From NCBI GenBank assembly GCA_963756875.1, contig CAVWPA010000001.1, positions 448,001 through 512,000 on the forward strand: a stretch of 64,000 nt of DNA. Reading direction: 5' to 3'. Numbering within the stretch: position 1 is the stretch's first letter; each line of letters begins with the position of its first letter. This stretch comes from an uncultured Verrucomicrobiae bacterium (GTDB taxonomy: Bacteria; Verrucomicrobiota; Verrucomicrobiia; Chthoniobacterales; UBA10450). This document shows, in pieces, positions 1 through 9,340 of this stretch. Below the pieces are notes generated by a model. It was not told where the DNA came from. It worked only from the letters and a program-made list of their open reading frames with translations, and did no database searches. The position numbers and the translations under genes were made by a program.

Positions 1-563
1 TGTCGGGCGCGCCGTTCCGCTGCCGTCATTTCGTGCGGCTGCAACACATCCAGCATCAACATTCCACGCGCGACGGCAAAAATTAGCTCGGACAATTCGT
101 CGGGCTTGAAACCGTGTGATGCCGTTTGCGCTTCCGGCGAACGCGCGATCAGATCCCTCACGCCGTTCATTGACGTTTGCAGGACGTCGCGCACCAGATC
201 GGCCACCTGTGGATTGCGCGAGGCCTCGGCGTAAAGGTCGACAACGAAGGCCGAGGTCAGCCGCGGTTCGTTCTCGCAGCAATGCGCGGTGAAAAGAATC
301 TCCAGCGACTCGAGTAACGTTGGCGCCTGTCGCGCGCGTTCCAGCACATTCGTGATTTCCTTTTTATGCCGGTTGGCCATTGCCGAAATGACGGCCTCCT
401 TGTTCTCGAAATAGCGGTAGATGAGCCCGACGCTAATGCCGGCCTCGGCGCTGATATCGTGCATGCTGGCCTGGTGGAACCCCCGCTTGGCGAAACAGGC
501 GAGAGCGGCCCGCATGATTTGCTCGTGGCGGTCTGGAGTGACCTCTGTCTGGGACTGAGCCAT
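1..563 (-). CDS. TetR/AcrR family transcriptional regulator (3' end runs off the window)
   Basis: Not in the ORF track. Manual translation from ATG at 563: MAQSQTEVTPDRHEQIMRAALACFAKRGFHQASMHDISAEAGISVGLIYRYFENKEAV, a classic TetR HTH. Confidence 0.92.
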   Translation of the reverse strand, partial: MAQSQTEVTPDRHEQIMRAALACFAKRGFHQASMHDISAEAGISVGLIYRYFENKEAVISAMANRHKKEITNVLERARQAPTLLESLEILFTAHCCENEPRLTSAFVVDLYAEASRNPQVADLVRDVLQTSMNGVRDLIARSPEAQTASHGFKPDELSELIFAVARGMLMLDVLQPHEMTAAERRAR

Positions 564-571
564 GAAGCCAA

Positions 572-599
572 GACAATGAATGAACGTTCATTCATTGTC
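572..599. promoter_or_regulatory. Perfect 28-bp palindrome, probable TetR operator overlapping the tetR promoter
   Basis: GACAATGAATGAAC|GTTCATTCATTGTC; on the minus strand TTGACA (601-596)-17 nt-CATTGT (578-573) brackets it. Confidence 0.8.
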
Positions 600-615
600 A
601 AATAGCCCCCCTGTC

Positions 616-822
616 TTACGAAGCAGCGTGGTGTACCACTGTGCCTTGAGTCGTCATGTGAACCTGGCTCAGTGGTAACGAACTCGGTTGCTCCGCGAAT
701 TGCCAGAACGCGAGGACTGCAGTCAGGATGAAAAGCGCGAATAGCGCGGTTTCCAGAATGTCCCGACTCCTTTCCTTTGAGTGGACCACAAGGGCGTACG
801 TGTATTTCCTTCGGCTATTCAT
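616..822 (-). CDS. Small single-pass membrane protein (68 aa)
   Basis: MNSRRKYTYALVVHSKERSRDILETALFALFILTAVLAFWQF...; AGGAG upstream; one hydrophobic segment. Confidence 0.5.
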   Translation of the reverse strand: MNSRRKYTYALVVHSKERSRDILETALFALFILTAVLAFWQFAEQPSSLPLSQVHMTTQGTVVHHAAS

Positions 823-995
823 ATTCGATTTTTGACTCCTGTGTAGCTGTTCGCGTTCGTTGTTAATGTTAAAATTTGATTTTCGCCTTACCTTTCGTCC
901 GGCGATCTCCGACTCCTCGTTAAGATCTTGTATGCGCGTGAAATCGGTGACTCGCCTCATAAGTGAAGACGCCGCCGAGTTGGCATTTTGTCTAA

Positions 996-1266
996 GGAAC
1001 CCGCGTTCCAAATAGGGACTGGTGCGCTGAGTTCCGGCGGGCGGCTGGCAAGGCGCGACGAAAGAGCATAGTCTAGCGCTCTGTGATTGAGGAGCAACGC
1101 CGCCCGCCGCCCGCCGGAACTCAGCCCGGAGGGTTGCTCGATCTTTGCCGCTGCTGCTGCGTTGCTCGTCGGTCGAAGATCCATAAAGGATATTCTCTCT
1201 CCTTGCGCCTTGCAGCAGCACCAAATCTCCGGCAACGCACCCGTTCCTATTTGGAGGACGGGTTCC
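996..1266. mobile_element. MITE-like element with ~30-bp imperfect terminal inverted repeats and nested hairpins
   Basis: GGAACCCGcgTTCCAAATAGGGACTGGTGCG (996-1026) pairs with CGCACCCGTTCCTATTTGGAggaCGGGTTCC (1236-1266); internal 20-bp IR 1026-1045/1107-1126. Confidence 0.7.
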
Positions 1267-1326
1267 AAAGTTTGGTGATCGTTGCAGGTTCATGATTGCG
1301 CTTTGAAAATTGGATGCGGCGACCGT

Positions 1327-2361
1327 ATGCATTGGATTCAAATTAAAACGACTTTTGTTCGTGGTTTCCCGCGTGACGAGCGCTACCTCGTGGGCGTTTC
1401 CGGAGGGCGCGACTCGGTTGCGCTGCTCGATTGGCTCGTAGAGAGCGGCTACGGGAAATTGATTGTCTGCCATCTCAATCATCAACTTCGCGGAGGCGCC
1501 GCCGCGGCCGATGCGCGTTTTGTGGAAAGACTCGCCGCCAAATACGACGGGAAGATTGTAGGGCAGGCGCTCCGCCTGCCAAATCCGAAAAACGGCAAGC
1601 GAAGCGCTTGCCCTACAACTCAGACGGCGCATATCGACGTTGAAATCGGAACAATCAACGTCCGCGCGCTGGCCGCGAAGCGGAAAATGTCGATCGAAGC
1701 GGCGGCGCGTGAAGCTCGCTACAAATTTTTCGCACGCACCGCCGCGCGGAAACGATGCCGCACAATCTTTTTAGGGCATCATGCGGACGATCTCGTCGAG
1801 ACTTTTCTAATCAATCTTTTCCGGGGCGCAGGAACGACCGGGCTGGCTGCGATGCGCGCCATTTCCGTTCGCAGCATCGACAATGTAAAGTTGCAGATCG
1901 TGCGGCCGCTTCTCGGCGTCTGGCGCAGTCAAATCGACGAGTACCTGCGCAAACGCGGGCTGAAGTTTCGCGAAGACACGTCGAACCAGGATCTCACGCC
2001 GTTGCGAAATCGGATTCGCAGACGCGTGATTCCGTATCTCGAGAGAACCCTTGGCCGAAACGTTCGGCAGAGCATCTGGCGCGCGGCTGCGATTTTTGCC
2101 GAAGAAGAAAGCTGGGTCGACGACCAATTAGTCGATGCAGGCGGTGCGGACCTTTCAGTCTCGAAACTGCGGGATTTGCCTGTTGCGCTGCAGCGCCGCC
2201 AGATTTTGCAATGGTTGCGCGGGCAGGATGTCGCCGATGTTGGATTCGACGTGATCGAACGCGTTCGCCTGCTGCTCGATCACGACTCAGGCGTGGCCAA
2301 AATCAATCTCCCGCGGGACCGGCACGTCCGTCGCCGCGAGGGGAAGATTTGGGTGGAGTAG
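1327..2361 (+). CDS. tilS: tRNA(Ile)-lysidine synthetase
   Basis: PP-loop GVSGGRDS, EAAAREARY, LGHHADDLVET, IVRPLL, EDTSN, RNRIR motifs. Confidence 0.95.
   Translation: MHWIQIKTTFVRGFPRDERYLVGVSGGRDSVALLDWLVESGYGKLIVCHLNHQLRGGAAAADARFVERLAAKYDGKIVGQALRLPNPKNGKRSACPTTQTAHIDVEIGTINVRALAAKRKMSIEAAAREARYKFFARTAARKRCRTIFLGHHADDLVETFLINLFRGAGTTGLAAMRAISVRSIDNVKLQIVRPLLGVWRSQIDEYLRKRGLKFREDTSNQDLTPLRNRIRRRVIPYLERTLGRNVRQSIWRAAAIFAEEESWVDDQLVDAGGADLSVSKLRDLPVALQRRQILQWLRGQDVADVGFDVIERVRLLLDHDSGVAKINLPRDRHVRRREGKIWVE
1556..1618. repeat. GTAG-type REP palindrome inside tilS, in frame
   Basis: TTGTAGGGCAGGCGCTCCGCCTGCC...GGCAAGCGAAGCGCTTGCCCTACAA; related copies near 9423-9454, 12440-12518 and 60969-61030. 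Confidence 0.8.
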
Positions 2362-2368
2362 GTTTTTT

Positions 2369-2428
2369 TGTAGCGGCGGTCTATGACCGTCGCAAAGTTA
2401 GTGCGACGCTCGCAGAGCGCCGCTACAG
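2369..2428. repeat. REP/REPIN, TGTAGCGGCG...CGCCGCTACA family
   Basis: Same family at 4841-4935, 14998-15064, 19705-19785, 54587-54693 and 60412-60470. Confidence 0.85.
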
Positions 2429-2437
2429 TATTTGAAA

Positions 2438-3787
2438 ATGAGCTCCGACATTCGCGTTCGTTTCGCTCCATCGCCCACGGGCTATCTGCACATCGGCGGC
2501 GCCCGCACCGCCTTATTCAACTGGCTCTTTGCCCGACACCATGGCAACGGGAAACTGATTTTGCGGATCGAAGACACCGACCTGAAGAGAAACACCGAAG
2601 AAGCGGCCGAGGCGATCTACGAGGGACTGCAGTGGCTGGGCCTGAACTGGGATGAAGGCCCGCACGTCGGCGGCGATTTCGGACCCTATTTTCAGAGTCA
2701 GCGCACCGAAATTTACGAACGCTATCTAAAGCAACTTCAGAACGGCGGCCACATCTTCGAGGACCAGGGCGCGCTCCGCTTTCGATCGCCGCGCGAGCAT
2801 GTCGTGGTCGACGATCTCGTCTGCGGCAAGATCGATTTCGATCTCACAAATCCCGGAACGCACCCCGACATGACGATTCGCCGCCCGGACGGTTCGTGGA
2901 TTTTTCATTTCGTCAATGTGATCGACGACCTGGAAATGAAAATCTCGCACGTTATTCGTGGCGAAGATCATCTTTCGAACACGCCGAAACATATTGAAAT
3001 ATTTCGCGCGCTCGGCGCGACCCCGCCGCGCTATGCACACATTCCTCTTATTCTAAACCGCGATGGTTCAAAGATGAGCAAGCGCGACGAGGGCGCGCGC
3101 GTCACCACATACATCGAGCAGGGCTACGCGCCGGAAGCGGTGCGCAATTATCTTTGTCTTTTGGGGTGGTCTCCTAAAGACAACCGCGAAAAGCTCGACA
3201 TCGAGGAGGTGGTAAAGCTTTTCGATCTCGAAAAGATCAATCGCCGCAATGCCGCGTTCGATCTGGATAAATGTTTCTGGCTTAATGGCCAATATATCGC
3301 GCAGATGTCGCTCGATCGTTTTGCAGAACTGTCGCGCCCATTCATCGAAAAAGCGCAGATCAACGTTCCCAGCGAGAAATACCTTCGCGAAGTGCTCGCG
3401 ATTGTGAAGGAGAAGATCAAGCTGCTCAAGGATGTGCCCGAATGGACGATCTACTTTTTCACCGAGGATTACGAATTCGATCCCGCGGCGGTTGAAAAGG
3501 TTTTTGGAAAACCCGGGGCCGCCGAACGGCTCATGGCACTGGGAAACGAATTCGCCGGGATTGAAAGGTGGGATCTCGAGACAATCGAAGGAACCCTCAA
3601 ATCGCTTGCGCAGAAGCTTGGCTGCAAGACCGGCGATCTGGTTCATCCCGCGCGGGTGGCGGTGAGTGGCCGCTCAGTCGGGCCCAGCCTGTATCATATG
3701 CTCGAAGTAATGGGAAAAGAGCGTGTGCTTGCGCGGTTCGATCGCGCCGGCGAGAAATTTTCAAAATCGGCAAGCATGTCATCCTGA
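2438..3787 (+). CDS. gltX: Glutamate--tRNA ligase
   Basis: RVRFAPSPTGYLHIGG, RIEDTD, IRGEDH and KMSKR class I synthetase motifs. Confidence 0.97.
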   Translation: MSSDIRVRFAPSPTGYLHIGGARTALFNWLFARHHGNGKLILRIEDTDLKRNTEEAAEAIYEGLQWLGLNWDEGPHVGGDFGPYFQSQRTEIYERYLKQLQNGGHIFEDQGALRFRSPREHVVVDDLVCGKIDFDLTNPGTHPDMTIRRPDGSWIFHFVNVIDDLEMKISHVIRGEDHLSNTPKHIEIFRALGATPPRYAHIPLILNRDGSKMSKRDEGARVTTYIEQGYAPEAVRNYLCLLGWSPKDNREKLDIEEVVKLFDLEKINRRNAAFDLDKCFWLNGQYIAQMSLDRFAELSRPFIEKAQINVPSEKYLREVLAIVKEKIKLLKDVPEWTIYFFTEDYEFDPAAVEKVFGKPGAAERLMALGNEFAGIERWDLETIEGTLKSLAQKLGCKTGDLVHPARVAVSGRSVGPSLYHMLEVMGKERVLARFDRAGEKFSKSASMSS

Positions 3788-3883
3788 GCGGAGCGAAGGA
3801 CCTCACCCACGAAGATTTGTTACGCCGAGTATTGAGAACATTCCAGCACCCTGTGTGAGGTTCCTCACTTCGTTCGGGATGAC
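3777..3883. repeat. REPIN, GTCATCCTGAGCGGAGCGAAGG family
   Basis: GTCATCCTGAGCGGAGCGAAGGACCTCAC...GTGAGGTTCCTCACTTCGTTCGGGATGAC inverted pair; contains the gltX stop codon. Confidence 0.8.
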
Positions 3884-3912
3884 CGCATGCTTGAGCGCTG
3901 GTTCGGAATGAC

Positions 3913-4845
3913 ATGAAAAAGAAACGTGCCAGAGAGATTTACACACTGGCCGACTTGCGAAACTGGCCGGCGCTAACCGCTGACGTGGATCCGCCGATTC
4001 GGCTCGGTGTTTTTGGCGATCCGGCACAGCATTCGCTTTCGCCGCAGATGCAAAATGCGGCGCTGAAACATTGCGAAATCGACATGCAGTACGCGCGATT
4101 CCGCATTTTACCGGACGAATTGCGCGAAGCGCTGAATCTCGTTCGCGAACTGAATTTTGTCGGCGTGAATTTGACTGTGCCTCACAAAATCGCGGCGATG
4201 GAATTCCTGGACGAAACCGTTGATGACACGAAAAAGATTGGTGCCGTAAACACGATCGTGATCGCCGGCCGAAAACTGCGTGGCTTCAACACGGATGGCC
4301 GCGGCTTTTCGCTGGCAATTCGAGAGGAGTTTTCCGTCGATCTTCGCGATATGCGTGTGCTCGTTCTCGGCGCTGGAGGAGCGGGGAGGGCCGTTGCCGT
4401 GCAATGTGCGAAGGAAAGTTGCGAACGTCTTGTCATCGCGAATCGGTCCCCTGAAAAAGCAAAAGATCTCGCAGACGAGCTGCGCGATTTTTTTTCCGGC
4501 CCAAAAGTTTTTGGTCCGGTGCCACGCCTGCAGGCGATTCCGTGGGAGGAATCGGCGATTCGTTTTCAGATCGGGAACGTCGATCTGATCGCAAACGCGA
4601 CTCCGCTCGGATTAAATCGAGTGGACATATCGCCGGTCCCGGCGCGCTTGCTTGCGCCTCACCTGATGGTTTACGACACGATTTATTCAAGCGAACGAAC
4701 GCCGCTTGTCTCGGCGGCGATCGAGGCCGGTGCGCGCGCGGCGAACGGGCTGTCGATGCTGCTGCATCAAGGCGCGCTCGCGTTTGAGATCTGGTTTCAA
4801 CGCGAAGCGCCGCTGGAGATCATGCGCAAAGCGCTTTCGCTGTAG
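3913..4845 (+). CDS. aroE: Shikimate dehydrogenase
   Basis: HSLSP, NLTVPHK, GAVNT, GFNTDG, LGAGGAG, NATPLG and GLSMLLHQG motifs. Confidence 0.95.
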   Translation: MKKKRAREIYTLADLRNWPALTADVDPPIRLGVFGDPAQHSLSPQMQNAALKHCEIDMQYARFRILPDELREALNLVRELNFVGVNLTVPHKIAAMEFLDETVDDTKKIGAVNTIVIAGRKLRGFNTDGRGFSLAIREEFSVDLRDMRVLVLGAGGAGRAVAVQCAKESCERLVIANRSPEKAKDLADELRDFFSGPKVFGPVPRLQAIPWEESAIRFQIGNVDLIANATPLGLNRVDISPVPARLLAPHLMVYDTIYSSERTPLVSAAIEAGARAANGLSMLLHQGALAFEIWFQREAPLEIMRKALSL

Positions 4846-5020
4846 CGGCCCAAAAGCATTCGGGGCCGTTCGAAATAAGTGCGACGCTCATCCGCCTTCG
4901 CGTGGCTACGGCGCGACAGGTAGAGGGCCGCTACAGATTTGTGAGGTCCCTCGCCATCTACGCGGTTCGGTATGACACGGATGGAGCAGTTTGAGAATGC
5001 ACGGCTTTACTCCATATTAG

Positions 5021-6007
5021 GTGATGGTAAGTGCGGGCGTAAATTTCGCTCCGGACCGGGCTGGCGATTCAATCCGGACTGGCGTTGATCTCGCGGAAGA
5101 GTTGCTCGAGCTCAAGCGGGAGCGGAATGCGGTCATTCTCGCCCACAATTATCAGGTGCCCGAGCTGCAGGATGTCGCAGACTACGTCGGCGACTCGTTA
5201 GGCTTGAGTTTTGAGGCAAAGAAAACGGAAGCGGACGTAATTCTTTTTTGCGGCGTCCATTTCATGGCGGAAACGGCGAAGATCATCAACCCGACCAAGC
5301 GCGTGATTCTGCCGGACCTCGACGCAGGCTGCTCTCTTTCGGAATCGTGTCCACCGGATAAACTGGCGCGATTTTTGAAACAACATGCCGAAAAAGACTA
5401 TTACGTCATCGCCTACATCAATTGCAGTGCTGGAGTAAAAGCGCTTGCAGACGTGATCTGCACAAGCAGCAACGCGGACAAGATCGTCCGGTCGGCCCCG
5501 CCTGATCGCAACATTCTCTTCGTGCCGGACCAGAACCTCGGCGCATGGGTGATGGAGCGTACTGGTCGCAAAATGGATTTATGGCAGGGGACATGTTATG
5601 TGCACGTCGAGTTTACGGCGCGCAGTATCAACCGAATTCGTGAGGAATATCCGGGCGCGCCGGTCGTTGCGCATCCGGAGTGCACTTACGCCGTGCGGAT
5701 GTTGGCAGACGAAGTTTGTTCGACTGAAAAGATGGTGAAGTTCTCGAAAGAATCGCCTGCCAATGAAATCATCGTGGTGACGGAAGCGGGGATGTTGCAT
5801 CGGCTGCGCAGAGAAGTCCCGGACAAAACCTTTATTCCCGGGCCGACCGACAATTGCTTCTGCGGCGAGTGCAGGTTCATGAAAATGAACACGCTCGAGA
5901 AAGCACATGCGGCGCTCCTTAACATGGAGCCAGAAATCATTTTGCCGGAACCTGTGCGCAAGCGCGCGGAGCTGCCTATTCTGCGAATGCTCGAACTGAG
6001 CAAATAA
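5021..6007 (+). CDS. nadA: Quinolinate synthase A
   Basis: ILAHNYQ, GDSLGL, FCGVHFMAETAK, AGCSL, YINCSA, CYVH, AHPEC, C-RFMK motifs. Confidence 0.97.
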   Translation: MMVSAGVNFAPDRAGDSIRTGVDLAEELLELKRERNAVILAHNYQVPELQDVADYVGDSLGLSFEAKKTEADVILFCGVHFMAETAKIINPTKRVILPDLDAGCSLSESCPPDKLARFLKQHAEKDYYVIAYINCSAGVKALADVICTSSNADKIVRSAPPDRNILFVPDQNLGAWVMERTGRKMDLWQGTCYVHVEFTARSINRIREEYPGAPVVAHPECTYAVRMLADEVCSTEKMVKFSKESPANEIIVVTEAGMLHRLRREVPDKTFIPGPTDNCFCGECRFMKMNTLEKAHAALLNMEPEIILPEPVRKRAELPILRMLELSK

Positions 6008-6029
6008 ATCGCGCGGGGAACGCGATTTA

Positions 6030-6166
6030 AAGCTCCAAACCCGAAGCTCCAACATCCAGAGAAGCTCTAAACTTCAAGCGGCAGTTCTCAGGACTCCGCG
6101 CGTTCAAGTTTTGGAAACTTGATGATTGGAGGTTCTCTGGAGCTTGGATGTTGGAACTTGGTGCTT
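6030..6166. repeat. Empty inverted short-tandem-repeat cassette (AAGCTCC-type heptamers)
   Basis: Left arm aagctccaaacccgaagctccaacatccagagaagctc, right arm gttctctggagcttggatgttggaacttggtgctt; same family at 13824-13956. Confidence 0.75.
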
Positions 6167-6170
6167 CCGG

Positions 6171-9080
6171 TCAGAAGCTCCAGGTAAATCCGCCGCTCAC
6201 GCCGTTGCTGTTGTAATTACTGCGGCCGAGTAATCCGTCGTAGTAAACGTAGACGGAGAAGGCCCGGTTGAGTTGTGCGCTGGCACCGGCTCTCACCTGC
6301 GCGCCATCACGGCCAACCGTTGGCCCCCTGACCGTGAAGACGTCTCCGGCTCCCGAAGCCAGGCTCGCATCGATCGGATAGGCCTGGTCGTTGTATTCAT
6401 GCAGCCAGGCAACATTCAATTCCGGACGGATGATCACGGTTTTGGATGGGTGCAGATCGTAACTGGCTCTTACCCCCACCGTGCTTTGCAGTGAGTTTTC
6501 GTTCTGGTCCGGGAAATCCAAGGGAGCCAGGGAACCGCGCTCTCCGAAATGATCGATTGAGACATCGGTGTATTGGAAGGTGGCTCTGGGGCCGATGTTC
6601 AAGCAACCAAAGCGCCAATCGTAACCGAGCGCGCCAAGAACATTGTACTGACTGCCTTTGGTGCTACCGATGGCGTCGCCCAAAAGAGCGGCGCGACGCG
6701 TCTTGTAGTCGTTCCAGGTGCCGCCCCCGCTGACATCAACATAAAACCTGTCCCAGAACCAGGTGGCAAATCCGCCCACGTTGCCGCCGTTGGTGGTGAT
6801 CCGTCCGTCGTTCACCAGGTTGGCCACACCGGCATCGTAGCCGCCGTAAATGCCAAAGGCCAGATTGTGAAGGAGCCGGTAATCGATGCCTACGGTGAAG
6901 TTGCCGTTGGAAAGATTGTAACCGGTAGCGTTGTCATCGTCGTCTCCGACGTTAACGAACTGGCCCGAGCCGGTGGCCCAGATGCCCCAGCGATTTTCAG
7001 GGGCCGGAACAAAGGCTGGGGCGGAGTTTTTGTTGAGGACCTCCTTGCCATCGGACTCCTTGGTGTAAGCGTTCGGAGGCATTTCCATCGCAACGGTTGA
7101 ACAAAAACCGGTGGACCCGGCGCGGATATCATCCATGCGCTGCATGAGATTGACCCCTTGCATGTTGGCCTGGGTGAATCCCATCTCGTAAATGGAAGCG
7201 AGTTCTTCGGGCGCGATCAGATCGAAGTCATGCGGAAGATTGCCGAATGGCTCCGTCACGAGGAATGAGATCAAGTCGCTCGCGCGTGGATTGTTTCTGA
7301 CCTCATTTAATTCGTTTGCCACAGCTTTTTGATTCGGAGTCAGACCACCAAGAACGGTAAAAGAGGTTATTTCGAATCGTATATAAACATCGAGGGCTTC
7401 ATCGTAATGAGGGACCGGCTGCAAAAAGCCAGTGAAGGTGCTTGTGACATTGTCAAACATTCCGGTATGTCCGCCCAGGTCGCCAATAATGTTCACGCGA
7501 TCCCCGGGCGCCGGATCAAAATTGTTAATGCGAACAAGTGCTAACGTCCCGCCAAGCGAAGCGCTCCCGTTAACCGCCAAGAAGTCACTTTCCACGCCGG
7601 AGTTCAAGCCGCCGATCTGCAGCTGCAAAGTGCCTCCGGTATTTTGCACATAGTTTCCTCCCACCGCCATTGCGCGCGGCCCGTTAAAGGTCTGAAGAGT
7701 ACCGCCGTTGACAGTGACGTCGCCGGTCCCCATCGCATTCAAACTGCCGATGGCGAGTATGCCGTCCTCGATGCTGGTGCCCCCGGTGTAGGTATTGTCG
7801 TGAGTCAGGGTCAACATACCCGTGCCAACCTTGCTGATCGAACCGCCTGCGTCCGGACTAAGCCCGCCATCCTGGATCACCCCAGAAAAGGTCGTGTCCA
7901 TGTTATTGGTCCCGATGGCAAGATTGTTCGATCCGAGAAAAACATTCCCGTCCCCTTCGAGCGAGCCGATAGTCGTGCCGCCCGAAAAGAGAAAGCTGAT
8001 GTCCAGGTTGCCGTTGCCAAAAACTTCCACCCGCGCGTTTTCCCCATGCGAAAAGAAGATGAATTCAATCCGACCGCCATCGCCGCCACCGGTGCCGCTG
8101 TTGGCGATCAGAGTCGCATTGCCCGCAAACGAGCTCTGAAAAATATTAGCCCCGTTCCCGCTAAATAACGTGAGACCACCGCCGGCTCCGGCCGTGGTGC
8201 CGCCCCTGCTCACGATCATACTGTCGGCCGCAGTCGAGGTATCAAGAAACTCCGTCGAGCCGCCGACTACCCCGTTGATACTCGCCTCATTGTTCGTAAA
8301 CATGCCGTTGGCCGCGGTCGCGCTGTTTTGGAAAATCGTCCGGCCCTGGCCTGCGCCGGCGACCGTGCCGGGGTAATTGGCGAATGTGCCATTAGCAGCC
8401 GTGCCGTTGACAAAATTCGTCGCGCCACCGAATCCGCCGGTGGCCGTAGCGCCGTTGTTGATGAACATGCCGTTGGCGGCGGTTGTGCCGGTATCGAGGA
8501 ATTGCGTGGCGCCGCCGCCCGCCATGGCCGCAGTGCCACCATTATTAAAAAAGGTGGCACTGCCCGCGGAGGAGGTGTCGTAGAAATTTGTGATCCCGGG
8601 CACGGCCGCGACGGTGGCGCCGTTGTTGGTAAACCTGGTATTGATTCCGGCCGTTGCGCTGTTGACGAGGTGTATCTGTCCAAATTGGCCGGCTCCGTTC
8701 ACGGCCGTCACGAAGCGCTGTATGAAGGCTGAAATATTGTCAACGCCTCCGCTGTTGATAGTCAGCGTAAAACCGGGGTTGGAGGTGATGGTGAAGGGGC
8801 TGGCAGCCGGGCTGAAAAAAACTGTGAGCGCCTCCGTATTGGCCGAGAGCGAGACGGCGGTCGTATTCGAAGTATCAAATGTCGCCGTATCGCTGGGGCC
8901 ATTGGGTACCGTTACCGGTGTCCAGTTGGTGGCGGTGTTCCAGTCGCCACTGCCGGGATTGAGCAGCCAAGTGGCGCTGCTGGCAAAGGCCGGCGTGGCT
9001 AAGAGCGTAAACGAGAGCGCAAAGGAAACGACGATGACTCTTACCCGGATTAGTTTCATGAACTTTTTCTCTTCCTTCAT
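6171..9080 (-). CDS. Autotransporter (type Va) with beta-strand-repeat passenger
   Basis: Signal peptide, G/N/T/A-rich repeats, passenger-associated repeat KVGTGMLTLTHDNTYTGGTSIEDG, C-terminal beta-barrel ending in WSF. Confidence 0.92.
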   Translation of the reverse strand: MKEEKKFMKLIRVRVIVVSFALSFTLLATPAFASSATWLLNPGSGDWNTATNWTPVTVPNGPSDTATFDTSNTTAVSLSANTEALTVFFSPAASPFTITSNPGFTLTINSGGVDNISAFIQRFVTAVNGAGQFGQIHLVNSATAGINTRFTNNGATVAAVPGITNFYDTSSAGSATFFNNGGTAAMAGGGATQFLDTGTTAANGMFINNGATATGGFGGATNFVNGTAANGTFANYPGTVAGAGQGRTIFQNSATAANGMFTNNEASINGVVGGSTEFLDTSTAADSMIVSRGGTTAGAGGGLTLFSGNGANIFQSSFAGNATLIANSGTGGGDGGRIEFIFFSHGENARVEVFGNGNLDISFLFSGGTTIGSLEGDGNVFLGSNNLAIGTNNMDTTFSGVIQDGGLSPDAGGSISKVGTGMLTLTHDNTYTGGTSIEDGILAIGSLNAMGTGDVTVNGGTLQTFNGPRAMAVGGNYVQNTGGTLQLQIGGLNSGVESDFLAVNGSASLGGTLALVRINNFDPAPGDRVNIIGDLGGHTGMFDNVTSTFTGFLQPVPHYDEALDVYIRFEITSFTVLGGLTPNQKAVANELNEVRNNPRASDLISFLVTEPFGNLPHDFDLIAPEELASIYEMGFTQANMQGVNLMQRMDDIRAGSTGFCSTVAMEMPPNAYTKESDGKEVLNKNSAPAFVPAPENRWGIWATGSGQFVNVGDDDDNATGYNLSNGNFTVGIDYRLLHNLAFGIYGGYDAGVANLVNDGRITTNGGNVGGFATWFWDRFYVDVSGGGTWNDYKTRRAALLGDAIGSTKGSQYNVLGALGYDWRFGCLNIGPRATFQYTDVSIDHFGERGSLAPLDFPDQNENSLQSTVGVRASYDLHPSKTVIIRPELNVAWLHEYNDQAYPIDASLASGAGDVFTVRGPTVGRDGAQVRAGASAQLNRAFSVYVYYDGLLGRSNYNSNGVSGGFTWSF

Positions 9081-9258
9081 TCTGTTGTTATTCGCTTAAG
9101 GGCGGAGTTTGTCTCAAGCGCCTTCATCGGAAATTGATCGTTGCGTTTCAAATGTCCAGCTGAAATGTGAGAGACCGCCCTATAGTCGGTACAATGACGG
9201 GGGGCGCAGTTACTTGCCTCGATGCATTTGTCCGGCGGCCGCGGACTGCCATCACGGG

Positions 9259-9311
9259 TGCAGGTTCAGAACATAGGTAACACAATAGGTTCAAGACATA
9301 GGTAACACTTT
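9259..9311. mobile_element. Probable IS481-like terminal remnant
   Basis: Two 22-bp direct repeats AGGTTCA(GA/AG)ACATAGGTAACAC at 9262-9283 and 9287-9308; resemblance to IS481 ends is from memory; no transposase. Confidence 0.5.
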
Positions 9312-9340
9312 GCGGTGCAAAGAGGGGGTTGATGCTGGGT

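Noticed and set aside
823..1632. Upstream part of the 338-aa ORF 616..1632
   Set aside because: It is antisense to tilS and crosses the MITE; only the last 68 codons look like a real gene.
9262..9308. Possible mini CRISPR array
   Set aside because: Only two repeats separated by 3 nt; no spacers and no cas genes in the window.
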